Assembly (NCBI GenBank): GCA_963710895.1
Contig: CAVQCB010000017.1
Span: 2,516-66,515, forward strand
Length of the DNA stretch: 64,000 bases
Direction: 5' to 3'
Origin: an uncultured Actinomycetota bacterium
GTDB taxonomy: Bacteria > Actinomycetota > Actinomycetes > Propionibacteriales > Nocardioidaceae
Below, one piece after another: positions 9,517 to 18,559 of this stretch. The notes under the pieces were generated by a model that saw nothing but the letters and a program-made list of their open reading frames with translations, made no database searches and was not told where the DNA came from. How positions within the stretch are numbered: the stretch's first letter is position 1; every line of letters begins with the position of its first letter. Position numbers and translations under genes: made by a program.

Positions 9517-10001
9517 TTGCGCAGCTCCAGGATCGTCTTGCCGATGCGGATCTGGGTGCCGAGCTGGAGCGCGGTGGCCTGGGAGATGCGGCTGCTGCCG
9601 ACGTAGGTGCCGTTGGTCGAGCCGAGGTCCTCGACGTACCACTGGTCACCCGAGCTGCCGATGCGGGCGTGCTTGGTGGAGACGTAGTCGTCGTCGAGCC
9701 GGATGGCGGCGTCGTTGCCGCGCCCGATCAGCAGGGGCGCCTCGTCCAGCGACACCGCCTCGCCCTGGTTGCCGCCCTCCACGATGACCACCTGGGTGGG
9801 CACCCCGCGCCTGGGACGGGACGCCTTCTGCTGCTTGCCTCGGGGACGCCGCTCCTGGCGCGACTGGCCGTGGCCTGAGTCCTGCCGGGCCACCCTGGCC
9901 CCGAACATGTCGGAGCGGATCACCGAGATGCAGGAGAGCACGAAGATCCACAGGATCGCCAGGTAGGCGAACCGGATCAGGACCAGGGTCAGCTCGGACA
10001 A
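9513..10001 (-). CDS. fhaB: FHA domain protein FhaB/FipA
   Basis: N-terminal TM; IGRG...VSTKHAR...DLGSTNGT FHA motif; TTG start. Confidence 0.93.
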   Translation of the reverse strand: MSELTLVLIRFAYLAILWIFVLSCISVIRSDMFGARVARQDSGHGQSRQERRPRGKQQKASRPRRGVPTQVVIVEGGNQGEAVSLDEAPLLIGRGNDAAIRLDDDYVSTKHARIGSSGDQWYVEDLGSTNGTYVGSSRISQATALQLGTQIRIGKTILELRK

Positions 10002-10004
10002 GCC

Positions 10005-10742
10005 TCAGTCACCCTCGTGTGCGGCGCCTGACCTCAGGCGCAGGGACATGGTCGTGTTGCCGATCCTGATCGTCGCACCATCGGCCAGCGTGGCCTTCTC
10101 GACTCGCTTGCCGTTGACCGAGACACCGTTGGTGGAGCCGAGGTCGTGGACGGTGATCCGTGGTGGGCCGCCGGCATCCTGGGCCTCCTCGACGCGGATC
10201 TCGATGTGCTTGCGCGAGACACCGGGGTCGTCGATGCGCAGGTCGGCGTCGTTGCCCCGGCCGATCACGATGCCCGGAGGTGCGAGGGGAAGTGGCTCCC
10301 CGTTGAGCTCGAGCGTCGCGGTGGCGCGGCGTACGGCGGTGTCGGTGGGGTCGCCGCCGGCCAGGCTGGAGCTGGCCTGCGAGCGGCTGCGCACGCGGAA
10401 CCGACCGGTGGTGAGCTCCTCGGTGGTCTCCAGGGTGATGCTGACCGGTCCGGTGAAGACGTAGGACTGCTCGGCGGCGTGCTCGCGCAGCATCTCGGTC
10501 AGCTCGCGGGTCAGCTGCGGACCCAGCCCTCCGAGCCGCTCGTGGTCGGTCTCGGAGAGCTCGACGTGGAAGTTGTTGGGCACCAGCCGGCGGTCGCGAC
10601 TGAGGATCTGCGCGGAGTTGTCGATCTCCCGGTTCAGCGCCGAGGCGATCTCGACCGGCTGCACGGCGCTGCGGAAGGTCCGGGCGAAGACACCGGAGAT
10701 GAGCTGCTCGAGCCGGCTCTCGAAACGCTGGAGTGCGCTCAT
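10005..10742 (-). CDS. fhaA: FhaA (DUF3662 + FHA)
   Basis: FESRLEQLISGVFARTFRSAVQPVEIA N-terminus; IGRG...VSRKH...DLGSTNG FHA domain. Confidence 0.93.
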   Translation of the reverse strand: MSALQRFESRLEQLISGVFARTFRSAVQPVEIASALNREIDNSAQILSRDRRLVPNNFHVELSETDHERLGGLGPQLTRELTEMLREHAAEQSYVFTGPVSITLETTEELTTGRFRVRSRSQASSSLAGGDPTDTAVRRATATLELNGEPLPLAPPGIVIGRGNDADLRIDDPGVSRKHIEIRVEEAQDAGGPPRITVHDLGSTNGVSVNGKRVEKATLADGATIRIGNTTMSLRLRSGAAHEGD

Positions 10743-10955
10743 GGTGCCTCCCCTCGGGGTCCGTCGGGTGGGTGGTGGTCCGGGCGGTCGTCGGTCGGTG
10801 CTGTGGCGTTCGTGGTGCGCGATGGTGCTCGCCCGCGCGGGCCTCCGGGCATCGGGCCCGAGCGGGCGTCCTGCGATGGTAGCGGGCGCCGGCGTCGCCC
10901 CGACGGCCGGTTTGGGTGGGTGAGACCGCGTGGGATAGCCTTACGTCCGCTTCAG

Positions 10956-11042
10956 GCGCGAGTGGCGGAATAGGCAGACGCGCACGGTTCAGGTCCGTGT
11001 GCCCGAGAGGGCGTGGGGGTTCAACTCCCCCCTCGCGCACCA
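10956..11042 (+). tRNA. tRNA-Leu (anticodon CAG)
   Basis: Acceptor GCGCGAG/CTCGCGC, anticodon arm CACGG-TTCAGGT-CCGTG, long variable arm, GGTTCAA T-loop, encoded A-CCA. Confidence 0.97.
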
Positions 11043-11043
11043 C

Positions 11044-11071
11044 AGCCCCAGGTCTTCTGACCTGGGGCTTT
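11044..11071 (+). terminator. Intrinsic terminator after tRNA-Leu
   Basis: AGCCCCAGGTC-TTCT-GACCTGGGGCT hairpin followed by TT. Confidence 0.85.
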
Positions 11072-11174
11072 GTCCATGAGTGGGCCACTTCCGTGCCTAC
11101 GAGGTAGCACGGGGCTGCCGCAACGGGCTCTATGATGGGGATGTTCGGTCGAGCAGTTGTGCGAGGTGAGCCGG

Positions 11175-11690
11175 ATGCTCAGACCAGTCGTCGTTGTCGC
11201 GATGCTCGTGCTCTTCGCAGGTGCCTGCTCGTCTGGAGACGGAGACACCGCTGCTGAAGGCGAAGGAGCAGCCGGCGCCGCCTCGACGAGCGCCGGGGCG
11301 CCGTCCTCCTCGGACTGCGGAGACGCCGAGGGCGAGAAAGGCGTCCTGCGGGTCTTCTGTGACGGGACGGCCACGCTGACCTTCGAGATCGGCGACAGCA
11401 GCGGGGAGATCGGCGGGGGCACGTGCGAAACCTCCGGCGGGTACTTCGTGCTCAATGCCGGCGCAGTTGTCTCGCCCGACTTCAGCGGCGCCAAGCCGGA
11501 CTACGCCGGGTTCATCCTCCCCACCACACCAGGCACTATCGACTCAACCGACGCCACCGTGACGATCACGCACGGTGGTGTGACCACGATCGTCTCGGAC
11601 GTCACCGGCGAGCGGGACGAGTCCACCGGGTCCTTCACGGGCACGGCGCTGGATGGCGGGGACCCGGTTTCGGGATCCTGGACGTGCTGA
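11175..11690 (+). CDS. Putative lipoprotein of unknown function
   Basis: Signal peptide with lipobox FAGAC, GAGGTG RBS, acidic linker, beta-rich body with Cys residues. Confidence 0.75.
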   Translation: MLRPVVVVAMLVLFAGACSSGDGDTAAEGEGAAGAASTSAGAPSSSDCGDAEGEKGVLRVFCDGTATLTFEIGDSSGEIGGGTCETSGGYFVLNAGAVVSPDFSGAKPDYAGFILPTTPGTIDSTDATVTITHGGVTTIVSDVTGERDESTGSFTGTALDGGDPVSGSWTC

Positions 11691-11991
11691 GGAGATCGTG
11701 TGGATGGCGGTGCTAGCCGGTCGCCTCCTCTGCGGTGATCGGCGGTGACACACCGCCGATGCCAGCGTCGAGTGTCGCGAGGTCGGACGACTTCCCCACT
11801 CGCTCGACATCCGGCCGATCGTCGCTCATCTACGCCTCACCCGGCGGACTCCGCCGGAATCAACTCAAGATCGCGCTGGTGCTACCTCGTGTAGTACTCC
11901 CCATCTGGAAACGGTGCTCAACGGGACAGAACAGAAGCGGGAAGACCGCCTCGGGCCTGCGAAACGACGAATCGGAGCGTCAGGTCCCTCT

Positions 11992-12043
11992 GGTTCAACT
12001 CCCCTTGCGCACCACAGCCCCAAGTGCGCTGACCTGGGGCTTT
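11992..12043 (+). repeat. Degenerate copy of the tRNA-Leu 3' end plus terminator (att-like direct repeat of 11018-11071)
   Basis: GGTTCAACTCCCC-tt-GCGCACCACAGCCCCA-N8-GACCTGGGGCTTT matches the tRNA T-arm, acceptor 3' strand, CCA and terminator arms. Confidence 0.85.
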
Positions 12044-12210
12044 GGCGGCGGTCCGGCGCCGCTACCAGCTCTTTCGACCGCCCTCGCGCCGGATCGCCGA
12101 GAAGTGCGGCTCACACTGGAGGGAACCACTGGGTGTCAGTGTTGCCTCCAACGGCCCCGCATGTCTCAACCGGGAAGCCAGGGACCAGCGGTGGCGAGGG
12201 AGGTGGGGAG

Positions 12211-13407
12211 GTGACGACGGCGGGGCCTTCATGGCGGTTGATCGCGCTGCTCGCTGCGCTCACCGCGTTCGGACCCATGTCACTGGACCTCTACCTCCCG
12301 GCGTTCCCGCAGATCGCCGCAGACTTCGACACCACCACCGGCGAGGTGCAGCTGACCTTCTCCGCTGCCCTGCTGGGTCTCGGTGTCGGACAGGTGCTGT
12401 GGGGCCCGCTGTCGGACCGGTACGGCCGCCGGCGACCGCTCATGGTCGGGGTGGTGGTGTTCAGCCTCGCGTCGATCGCCATCGCGCTGACCCCCTCACT
12501 GCCCGTGATGATCGGCTTGCGCGCGGTGCAGGCGCTGGGGGGATCATCGGGCATCGTGATCGCGCGAGCGGTGCTGCGCGACCTGCTCAGCGGACGCGAG
12601 CTCGCCAAGGCGCTGGGCGCCGTGCTGCTCACCTTCATGCTGGCGCCGGTGCTCGCGCCGCTGCTCGGGTGGCTGATGTTGACCTGGGGCGGGTGGCACG
12701 CGATGTTCCTGCTGCTGGCGGGCTTCGGGGTGTTGTGTCTGGCCGGGGTCGTGGCGATGGACGAGACGCTGCAGGTGGAGCGACGGTCCCGCCACGGGAT
12801 CGCGGGTGCGCTGCGGACGTTCGGCACCATCGTGAGGTCGACGGAGTTCGGGCGACCTGCGGCGGTCTCGGCGCTGGGCAGCATCGCGCTCTTCGCCTAC
12901 ATCTCGTTCTCTCCGCGGGTGGTCATGGACGGCTATGGGCTGCCGGAGTGGGGGTTCGCTCTGGTCTTCGCCGGCCTCGCGGTCGGCATCGCCGCAGGCG
13001 GGCAGCTCAACCGGCTGCTCCTGGCGCACCGGTCACCGGCGTGGGTGCTCCAACGTGCTCTGCTGGTGCAGCTGTTGGGTGCCCTGGGCGTCCTGCTCGC
13101 TGCCGTTGCGGCGGCGCCGTTCCCGGTCTTCCTTCCGATGGTGGCCGTGGCGGTGTCCACGATCATCCCGGTCAACAGCAACGCGGTGGCCATTGCGCTC
13201 GACCCGTTCCCTCACGCCGCGGCATCGGCCGCGGCGTTGCTGGGAGGACTTCAGCAGATCCTGGCGGGCCTGGTCGCTGCGGGCTTGTCCGCCAGCGGAC
13301 TCGACCCCGGAGTGGCGATGGGAGTCGGGATGCTCGCCTCCTCCAGCACCGGCTTCCTGCTGACGCGCAGCATGGTGGCACGAGCTGAGCCGGCAGCAGT
13401 CGGCTGA
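12211..13407 (+). CDS. Bcr/CflA family MFS efflux transporter
   Basis: AFGPMSLDLYLPAFP, GPLSDRYGRRRP motif A; about 12 TM; GTG with GGAGG RBS. Confidence 0.9.
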   Translation: MTTAGPSWRLIALLAALTAFGPMSLDLYLPAFPQIAADFDTTTGEVQLTFSAALLGLGVGQVLWGPLSDRYGRRRPLMVGVVVFSLASIAIALTPSLPVMIGLRAVQALGGSSGIVIARAVLRDLLSGRELAKALGAVLLTFMLAPVLAPLLGWLMLTWGGWHAMFLLLAGFGVLCLAGVVAMDETLQVERRSRHGIAGALRTFGTIVRSTEFGRPAAVSALGSIALFAYISFSPRVVMDGYGLPEWGFALVFAGLAVGIAAGGQLNRLLLAHRSPAWVLQRALLVQLLGALGVLLAAVAAAPFPVFLPMVAVAVSTIIPVNSNAVAIALDPFPHAAASAAALLGGLQQILAGLVAAGLSASGLDPGVAMGVGMLASSSTGFLLTRSMVARAEPAAVG

Positions 13408-13409
13408 GT

Positions 13410-13554
13410 CGGGCGTGCGGCGGCGCAGGGTCACCGACCCCAGGCCGCACCACCCCAGCCCGGCTGGGCTCAGCGTGCCGTAGAGCACGTCGGCGAGCCG
13501 GGTGGCGCCCAGTGTGGGGGCGAATCCTGGTTTCTGGACGACGATGTCGGCCAT
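13410..13554 (-). pseudogene. Possible truncated gene remnant (MADIVVQKPGFAPTLGATRLADVLYGTL...)
   Basis: ATG with GAGG RBS 37 nt after the 4-TM gene stop, coding-like codons, then runs antisense into the MFS gene. Confidence 0.3.
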
Positions 13555-13590
13555 GGCTCGGTCTACCTCGATGGCGAGGGACAGCCGTCC

Positions 13591-14325
13591 CTAGGGCGTC
13601 CTTCCAGCGGCCAGGTGAGTCACCGCCTGCATGAGCTTGCGTGCATACCGCAAGCCGGCTGCCTTCGTCCGCTCCGCTGACGGCACGAGCCACCACCCGA
13701 TGGCGATGAGGACGAGGAGAGCCACCGAGATGCCCACGTCGAGGGTGGCCAACCGCTGTTGGATCGCCCCAGCAGCCACCGTGCCGACCAAGCAGCCGAG
13801 ACAGATCAAGCGGCCGACCCAGCGACACGCGTAGAGGTTGCGCTCGAAGCCGTAGGCGGCGTTCTCAGCGACAACAGCCGGATCATGGTCCTCTCGATCC
13901 CCGTAGCCCAGGTACACGATGGAGCTCACGGCGGTCGCAATCTGCTCCTCGGCCAGCACGGGCTGCGCCACCTCGTCCTCCTCCGGAAGAAGCCGCACCC
14001 CGGTCACGCTGGTGATCGCAGCACGCCAGGCAGTTCGCTGGGAATCCGACTCGGTCCCACCGTGACCTCGCAGCACCTGTGCCGTCGGCGGACCACCCCA
14101 CCGCTTCCACAGCGCCGGTTCGACCGACCGGCCCAGGTTCCCGACGACGGCCACCAGCGCGAACGGCCCGCCGAAGGTGACCAGGAGCGAGGAGAGACCG
14201 GCGATGACGGGATCGGACTTCAGCCCGAAAGCGAGCACCACCACCCCGACGGGCAGCAGCGCCAGCATGCCGGGGGCAAGCCGGGCACGGAGCTCGTACT
14301 TGGAGAGGGCTGAGAGTTCAGGCAT
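13591..14325 (-). CDS. Conserved-looking 4-TM hypothetical protein (RARLAP / WGGPPT / ENxxYGFxRN motifs)
   Basis: Two TM hairpins around a soluble domain; AAGGAG upstream; more A/T wobble than the flanks. Confidence 0.75.
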   Translation of the reverse strand: MPELSALSKYELRARLAPGMLALLPVGVVVLAFGLKSDPVIAGLSSLLVTFGGPFALVAVVGNLGRSVEPALWKRWGGPPTAQVLRGHGGTESDSQRTAWRAAITSVTGVRLLPEEDEVAQPVLAEEQIATAVSSIVYLGYGDREDHDPAVVAENAAYGFERNLYACRWVGRLICLGCLVGTVAAGAIQQRLATLDVGISVALLVLIAIGWWLVPSAERTKAAGLRYARKLMQAVTHLAAGRTP

Positions 14326-14408
14326 CGCGAAAATGTGCTCCTTGTTCTCCCGTTCCGTCAAGCAGTCAGCGGCAGGCCATTGAGCGGGGGCGGGCGGGCC
14401 GACCCCCG

Positions 14409-15008
14409 TCAGCCGTTGAGGTCCGGGGACAGCTCGAGGTAGGCACCCAGCAGGCGGCGCAGGCGGGCCAGCGCGACGTCCTGGGCCTTGCGGGAGGCCG
14501 GGTCGCCGAGGGGCTGGGAGGCGTTGATGATCAGTGAGTCGACCAGGGCGGCCATCTCGTCGGGCTCTGGCTCACCGAAGTCGGTGAGCGCTTGGCGCAG
14601 GGGGACCTGGAGCTCGGCGTGGAACTGCTCCATCGGTCCGCGAAGGACGTCCGGGCCCACGACCCGGGTCAGCGCACGCGCGACCGCCTGCTCGGAGCTG
14701 GCGAAGAGCGCGACGTTGGCCTCGACGTACGCCCAGACCCGGGTGGCGGGGGTCGCCGCCGCCTCGACCTGGGCGAGCACCTGACCTGACCAGTCCGGGA
14801 ACACGTCGGCCACGACGGCAGCCAACAGCTCCTCCACGGAGGTGAAGTACTGGTAGACGCTGGTGCGGGCCAGTCCGGCGCGGTTCCCGACGGCCGCCAT
14901 GGCGGGGACCTGCCCGGTCTCGGCAAGCAGCCCGCGGGCGGCGTCGAGGAGGGCGCGTCGTTGACGGACGTGGTGCTCGGCCACGGTCGGCGCGTCGATG
15001 CGGGGCAC
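14409..15008 (-). CDS. TetR/AcrR family regulator
   Basis: HTH MAAVGNRAGLARTSVYQYF; GTG with AGGAGG RBS. Confidence 0.9.
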   Translation of the reverse strand: MPRIDAPTVAEHHVRQRRALLDAARGLLAETGQVPAMAAVGNRAGLARTSVYQYFTSVEELLAAVVADVFPDWSGQVLAQVEAAATPATRVWAYVEANVALFASSEQAVARALTRVVGPDVLRGPMEQFHAELQVPLRQALTDFGEPEPDEMAALVDSLIINASQPLGDPASRKAQDVALARLRRLLGAYLELSPDLNG

Positions 15009-15051
15009 CCCGTCCCTCCTTCCCCGATGGTGGTCCGCCGGGCGCTCGGGT

Positions 15052-15735
15052 TCAGCCTTGCTGTGCCTCTGCCACGGCCAGACGCCCGTCGACCATCTCG
15101 AGCACCCGGTCGCAATGATGCAGGACACCGTGGTCGTGGGTGACCATGACCGTCGCGACACCGTGGTCGTGGGCCTCGCGGGCAATGAGTGCGACCACCT
15201 CCTGGCTGCGCCGGCGATCCAGGGCTGCGGTGGGTTCGTCGACCAGCAGCACCTGCGGCCGAGTGACCAGCGCGCGGGCGATGCCGACTCGCTGCCGCTC
15301 CCCGCCGGAGAGCTGGTGGGGACGACGGTCGGCCCGCTGCTCCATGCCTACCTCGGCCAGGAGGGCACGTGGATCGCGGGGAGAGGCCACCCTGGCGAAG
15401 GTGAGTGGCAGGCGCAGCTGGTCGAGGCAGGTGAGCGCCGGGATCAGGTTCCCGCTCTGGAAGACGAAGCCGATCTGCTTCCTGCGGACCGCCGTGAGCT
15501 CGCGGTCGCTGGCCGTGGTGAGGTCGACGTCTCCGAGCCGCACGGAGCCGGACGTGGGCCTTGTCAGCGCCCCCGCGACCGCCAGCAGGCTGGACTTGCC
15601 GGCTCCGGAGGGGCCGACGACGGCGACCAGCTCGCCGGGGGCGACCTCCAGGTCGACCTGGTCGAGCGCGGTCACGGTCTCCTCGCCATCCCCATGCATC
15701 AAGGTGACCTCGGACAGGGACAGGACGGCAGTCAT
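15052..15735 (-). CDS. ABC transporter ATP-binding protein (HrtA/LolD-like)
   Basis: GPSGAGKS, LSGGERQR, LLVDEPT, H-loop. Confidence 0.93.
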   Translation of the reverse strand: MTAVLSLSEVTLMHGDGEETVTALDQVDLEVAPGELVAVVGPSGAGKSSLLAVAGALTRPTSGSVRLGDVDLTTASDRELTAVRRKQIGFVFQSGNLIPALTCLDQLRLPLTFARVASPRDPRALLAEVGMEQRADRRPHQLSGGERQRVGIARALVTRPQVLLVDEPTAALDRRRSQEVVALIAREAHDHGVATVMVTHDHGVLHHCDRVLEMVDGRLAVAEAQQG

Positions 15736-16862
15736 CGGCTACCTCCGAGGGCAGTGAGCGGGTCGACGCGGGTGATGCGCAGGACGGCGACCCCAGCACC
15801 GGTCACGCCGAGGGCGATCAGCAGTGCTGCCGCACTCGCGATCGGTCCGACCTCCAGAGCGAACGGCATCGGGGTGGAGGAGATGGCTGCTCCTGCCGCG
15901 AGACCGACGGCGATGCCGGCGCCCGCAGACAGCACCAGCAGCACCACCGACTGCAGAAGACTGTCCCGCAGCAGGTACGCCGTGCTCGCACCCATCGCAC
16001 GCAGGACCGCGATCTCCTCCTTGCGCTGGATGGTCAGCACCGTGAAGAACGCGCCGACCACCAGTGCGGAGATGGCGTAGAGGAAGGCCCGGATCAGCAT
16101 CAGCGTCGACGTCTCCGCGGTGTAGCCAGGCGAGGCTCCGAAGGACTGCTCGAGCGTCATCGACGTGGTGCCGGCGGCCCTGTCGCCCGCTGCCAGGTCG
16201 AGGTCGGCGCCGTTCGTGGCGCGGACCCCGACGGCGGTGATCTCCTGGTAGACGCGGTCGGGGACGACGTCACCGGCCCGCACCCCGGCATGGATCTCCT
16301 GCCAGGTGCGCAGCGGGAGGTAGCCCACGTCAACGTGGCCGAAGGTGTTCTGCTGCTTCAGCACCCCGACGACCTTCAGGCGAGTCCCGGCCGGTTCGAG
16401 GACGAGCGTGTCCCCGATCTTGACCCCCTTCTCGATGGCGGTCGGGCTGACGACCACCTGACCGGGACCGGCGACCCGAGACCCCTCGGCCACAGCGGGG
16501 TCCAGGAACGAGCCGACCTCGACACCGAAGAGCGCGAGGTCCACCTCGACGCCCTCCGTGGTGTGGGTGTTGACCAGGGTGGTGCCGAACGGCGCCGCCC
16601 GGGCGACGCCGGGCTGCTCGCTCCAGGTCGCGACCGCGGCGGAGTCGACGACGCTGCGTGTGAACGCGGCGTCCTTGCTGACGCCGTGCTGGAAGGCCAG
16701 GGCCGTGACGGGGAGGCGCTGGAGGCCGGAGACGCCGTCGTTGACCAGTCCGACCGACAGGCCGCTGAGCAGCACCATCAGGGTCGCGATGAGAGCGACG
16801 ACCACACCCATCAGGGCGAAGCGACCGCGCGCGAAGGAGAGTTCTCGCAGCGCCAGGAACAT
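15732..16862 (-). CDS. FtsX/MacB-type ABC permease (HrtB-like)
   Basis: MFLALRELSFARGRF N-terminus, one TM, large extracellular domain, three C-terminal TMs with IAVLRAMGAS. Confidence 0.88.
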   Translation of the reverse strand: MFLALRELSFARGRFALMGVVVALIATLMVLLSGLSVGLVNDGVSGLQRLPVTALAFQHGVSKDAAFTRSVVDSAAVATWSEQPGVARAAPFGTTLVNTHTTEGVEVDLALFGVEVGSFLDPAVAEGSRVAGPGQVVVSPTAIEKGVKIGDTLVLEPAGTRLKVVGVLKQQNTFGHVDVGYLPLRTWQEIHAGVRAGDVVPDRVYQEITAVGVRATNGADLDLAAGDRAAGTTSMTLEQSFGASPGYTAETSTLMLIRAFLYAISALVVGAFFTVLTIQRKEEIAVLRAMGASTAYLLRDSLLQSVVLLVLSAGAGIAVGLAAGAAISSTPMPFALEVGPIASAAALLIALGVTGAGVAVLRITRVDPLTALGGSR

Positions 16863-16887
16863 CGCTCTACCGCGCCCGACAGGGAGA

Positions 16888-16923
16888 CGACACCATGTCG
16901 GGAACATTATCGACATGGTGTCG
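16888..16923. promoter_or_regulatory. Double palindromic operator overlapping the ABC operon promoter
   Basis: CGACACCATGTCG-N10-CGACATGGTGTCG perfect 13-bp IR; each arm is itself CGACA-N3-TGTCG; spacer reads GATAAT on the minus strand. Confidence 0.7.
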
Positions 16924-17022
16924 GCAAAGCAAGCTCACTCGTCCCGACGGCGGCGGGGCATACCCTGCTCGCGGACTCCTCCCCGGACGCGGGGGCGAGC
17001 CGGCGACCAGGACGGAGACGCG

Positions 17023-17727
17023 ATGGCCCTGCGCATCGAGGAGCTCGACGCCACCGACACCCCGATCGGGGTGATCAGCCTGCGCCGCCGCCATGACCCC
17101 GTCGTGCACCAGGACGTCTACGAGGTGAAGATCGACGACGAGTTCTTGATGTCGAGCCTGTTCACCGTGGTCGAGCAGGAGCTGGCGCACCTGGGCCTGG
17201 CGCGTGTCGGCGACGCCGGTGGGGACCTGCACGTGCTCGTCGGCGGGCTCGGCCTGGGCTACACCCTGCGCGCGGCCCTGCAGGACGAGCGGGTCCGGCA
17301 GGTGCAGGTGGTCGAGGCGGTCGAGGCCGTCATCGACTGGCACCGCCGCGACCTGCTGCCCGACACCGCGGGATTGGCCGCAGACCCGCGCTGCGAGCTC
17401 GTCCACGGAGACTTCTTCGCGCTGGTGGCGTCCGCGCAGACCCCGCGAGCGTCGTACGACGCCGTGCTGCTCGACGTCGACCACTCGCCACAGAACCTCC
17501 TGCACCCCAGCCACGGTGCGTTCTACACCGCCGCAGGGCTGGCGCGGCTGGCTGCCGTCCTCGCTCCGGGAGGCGTCTTCGGGCTGTGGTCCGACGACCC
17601 GCCGGACCCGGACTTCGAGGCTGTGCTCGAGGAGGTCTTCGAGGAGAGCGCGACGCACGTGGTCTCGTTCGCCAACCCGCTGACCGGCGGTGAGTCGGCG
17701 AGCACGGTCTACGTCGCGAAGCTCTGA
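17023..17727 (+). CDS. Spermidine-synthase-like SAM-dependent methyltransferase
   Basis: VLVGGLGLGYT SAM motif, VVEA, YDAVLLDVDHSP. Confidence 0.85.
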   Translation: MALRIEELDATDTPIGVISLRRRHDPVVHQDVYEVKIDDEFLMSSLFTVVEQELAHLGLARVGDAGGDLHVLVGGLGLGYTLRAALQDERVRQVQVVEAVEAVIDWHRRDLLPDTAGLAADPRCELVHGDFFALVASAQTPRASYDAVLLDVDHSPQNLLHPSHGAFYTAAGLARLAAVLAPGGVFGLWSDDPPDPDFEAVLEEVFEESATHVVSFANPLTGGESASTVYVAKL

Positions 17728-17824
17728 GCCCGGCTGCCACGCCGCGGCCGTGAGCCCGCTGACGGGCGGCTGATTGAGGCGGATGCCTCACGACTCTGCG
17801 TCGTGCCCCGCGGAGCCTGGGGGC

Positions 17825-18559
17825 ATGAGACCGAGCACACCACAGCAGGCCGTGGCGAACTGGTCGGCGCAGGCCGACCTCGTCGACGGCGACGACGAAC
17901 GATTCACCGGGTACGGCGTGATGGGGGTCCCGTTCGAGACCGGCCACTACCTCGCCTTCCGGGACATGGTGGCGAGCTCGGTCGGGCCCGCCTACCGCGC
18001 TGTCTGGCACCGGACGCCCCAGGGGCGGTGGACCATCTACACCACGGCACTGCCCGAGCTGAGCTGCCCGCGGTACTTCGGCGCCGTGGGTCGCGCGGTC
18101 CAGGTTGCCGGCATCGAGGTGGTGTGGCGCGAGGGCCACCAGCTCGACGTCACGGTCGACGAGGAGCTCTCGTGGCACATCGAGCTCGGGTCCACGCGGG
18201 CGACCCACCTGATGACCTCGATGGGTGGGGCGATGCCCCCGGGTGCCTGGAACAGCGCCGTGGTCCTCGCCTCGATGGCGCCGATGGCGCGCGCCATGCT
18301 GCGCTCGGGTCGGGTCCGGCTGCGTGGCAGGACCCCCAACGGTCCGCGGTTCCGGGCCGCGCCGCTGCAGATCTGGCGGGTGCTCGGCGGTGGCGCCTCG
18401 GTGCGAGGGGAGCTGGCCGGTGAGCTGGCGCCGCTGGCAGAACAGGCGCGGCTGGGCGACTTCTGGCTGCCGCAGCGCGGCGTCTTCTTCGTCGGCCATG
18501 CCCGGTTCTCCGCGGCCACCGTCGAGGCGCCGGCCAGAGTGGGGGAGGCCTCGTCATGA
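17825..18559 (+). CDS. Conserved hypothetical protein coupled to mddA
   Basis: ERFTGYGVMGVPFETGHYLAFR; ATGA overlap with mddA; typical codon usage. Confidence 0.75.
   Translation: MRPSTPQQAVANWSAQADLVDGDDERFTGYGVMGVPFETGHYLAFRDMVASSVGPAYRAVWHRTPQGRWTIYTTALPELSCPRYFGAVGRAVQVAGIEVVWREGHQLDVTVDEELSWHIELGSTRATHLMTSMGGAMPPGAWNSAVVLASMAPMARAMLRSGRVRLRGRTPNGPRFRAAPLQIWRVLGGGASVRGELAGELAPLAEQARLGDFWLPQRGVFFVGHARFSAATVEAPARVGEASS

Noticed and set aside
11860-11990. Possible integrase tail or tRNA fragment around GTAGTACTCCCC
   Set aside because: No tyrosine or serine recombinase motif in any frame and no T-arm structure; insufficient support.
11992-12043. Second functional tRNA
   Set aside because: Lacks the D-arm and 5' acceptor strand, and the 3' acceptor strand is mutated.
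11042-14400. Intact prophage or ICE at tRNA-Leu
   Set aside because: No integrase, excisionase, conjugation or phage structural gene found, only an att-like scar.
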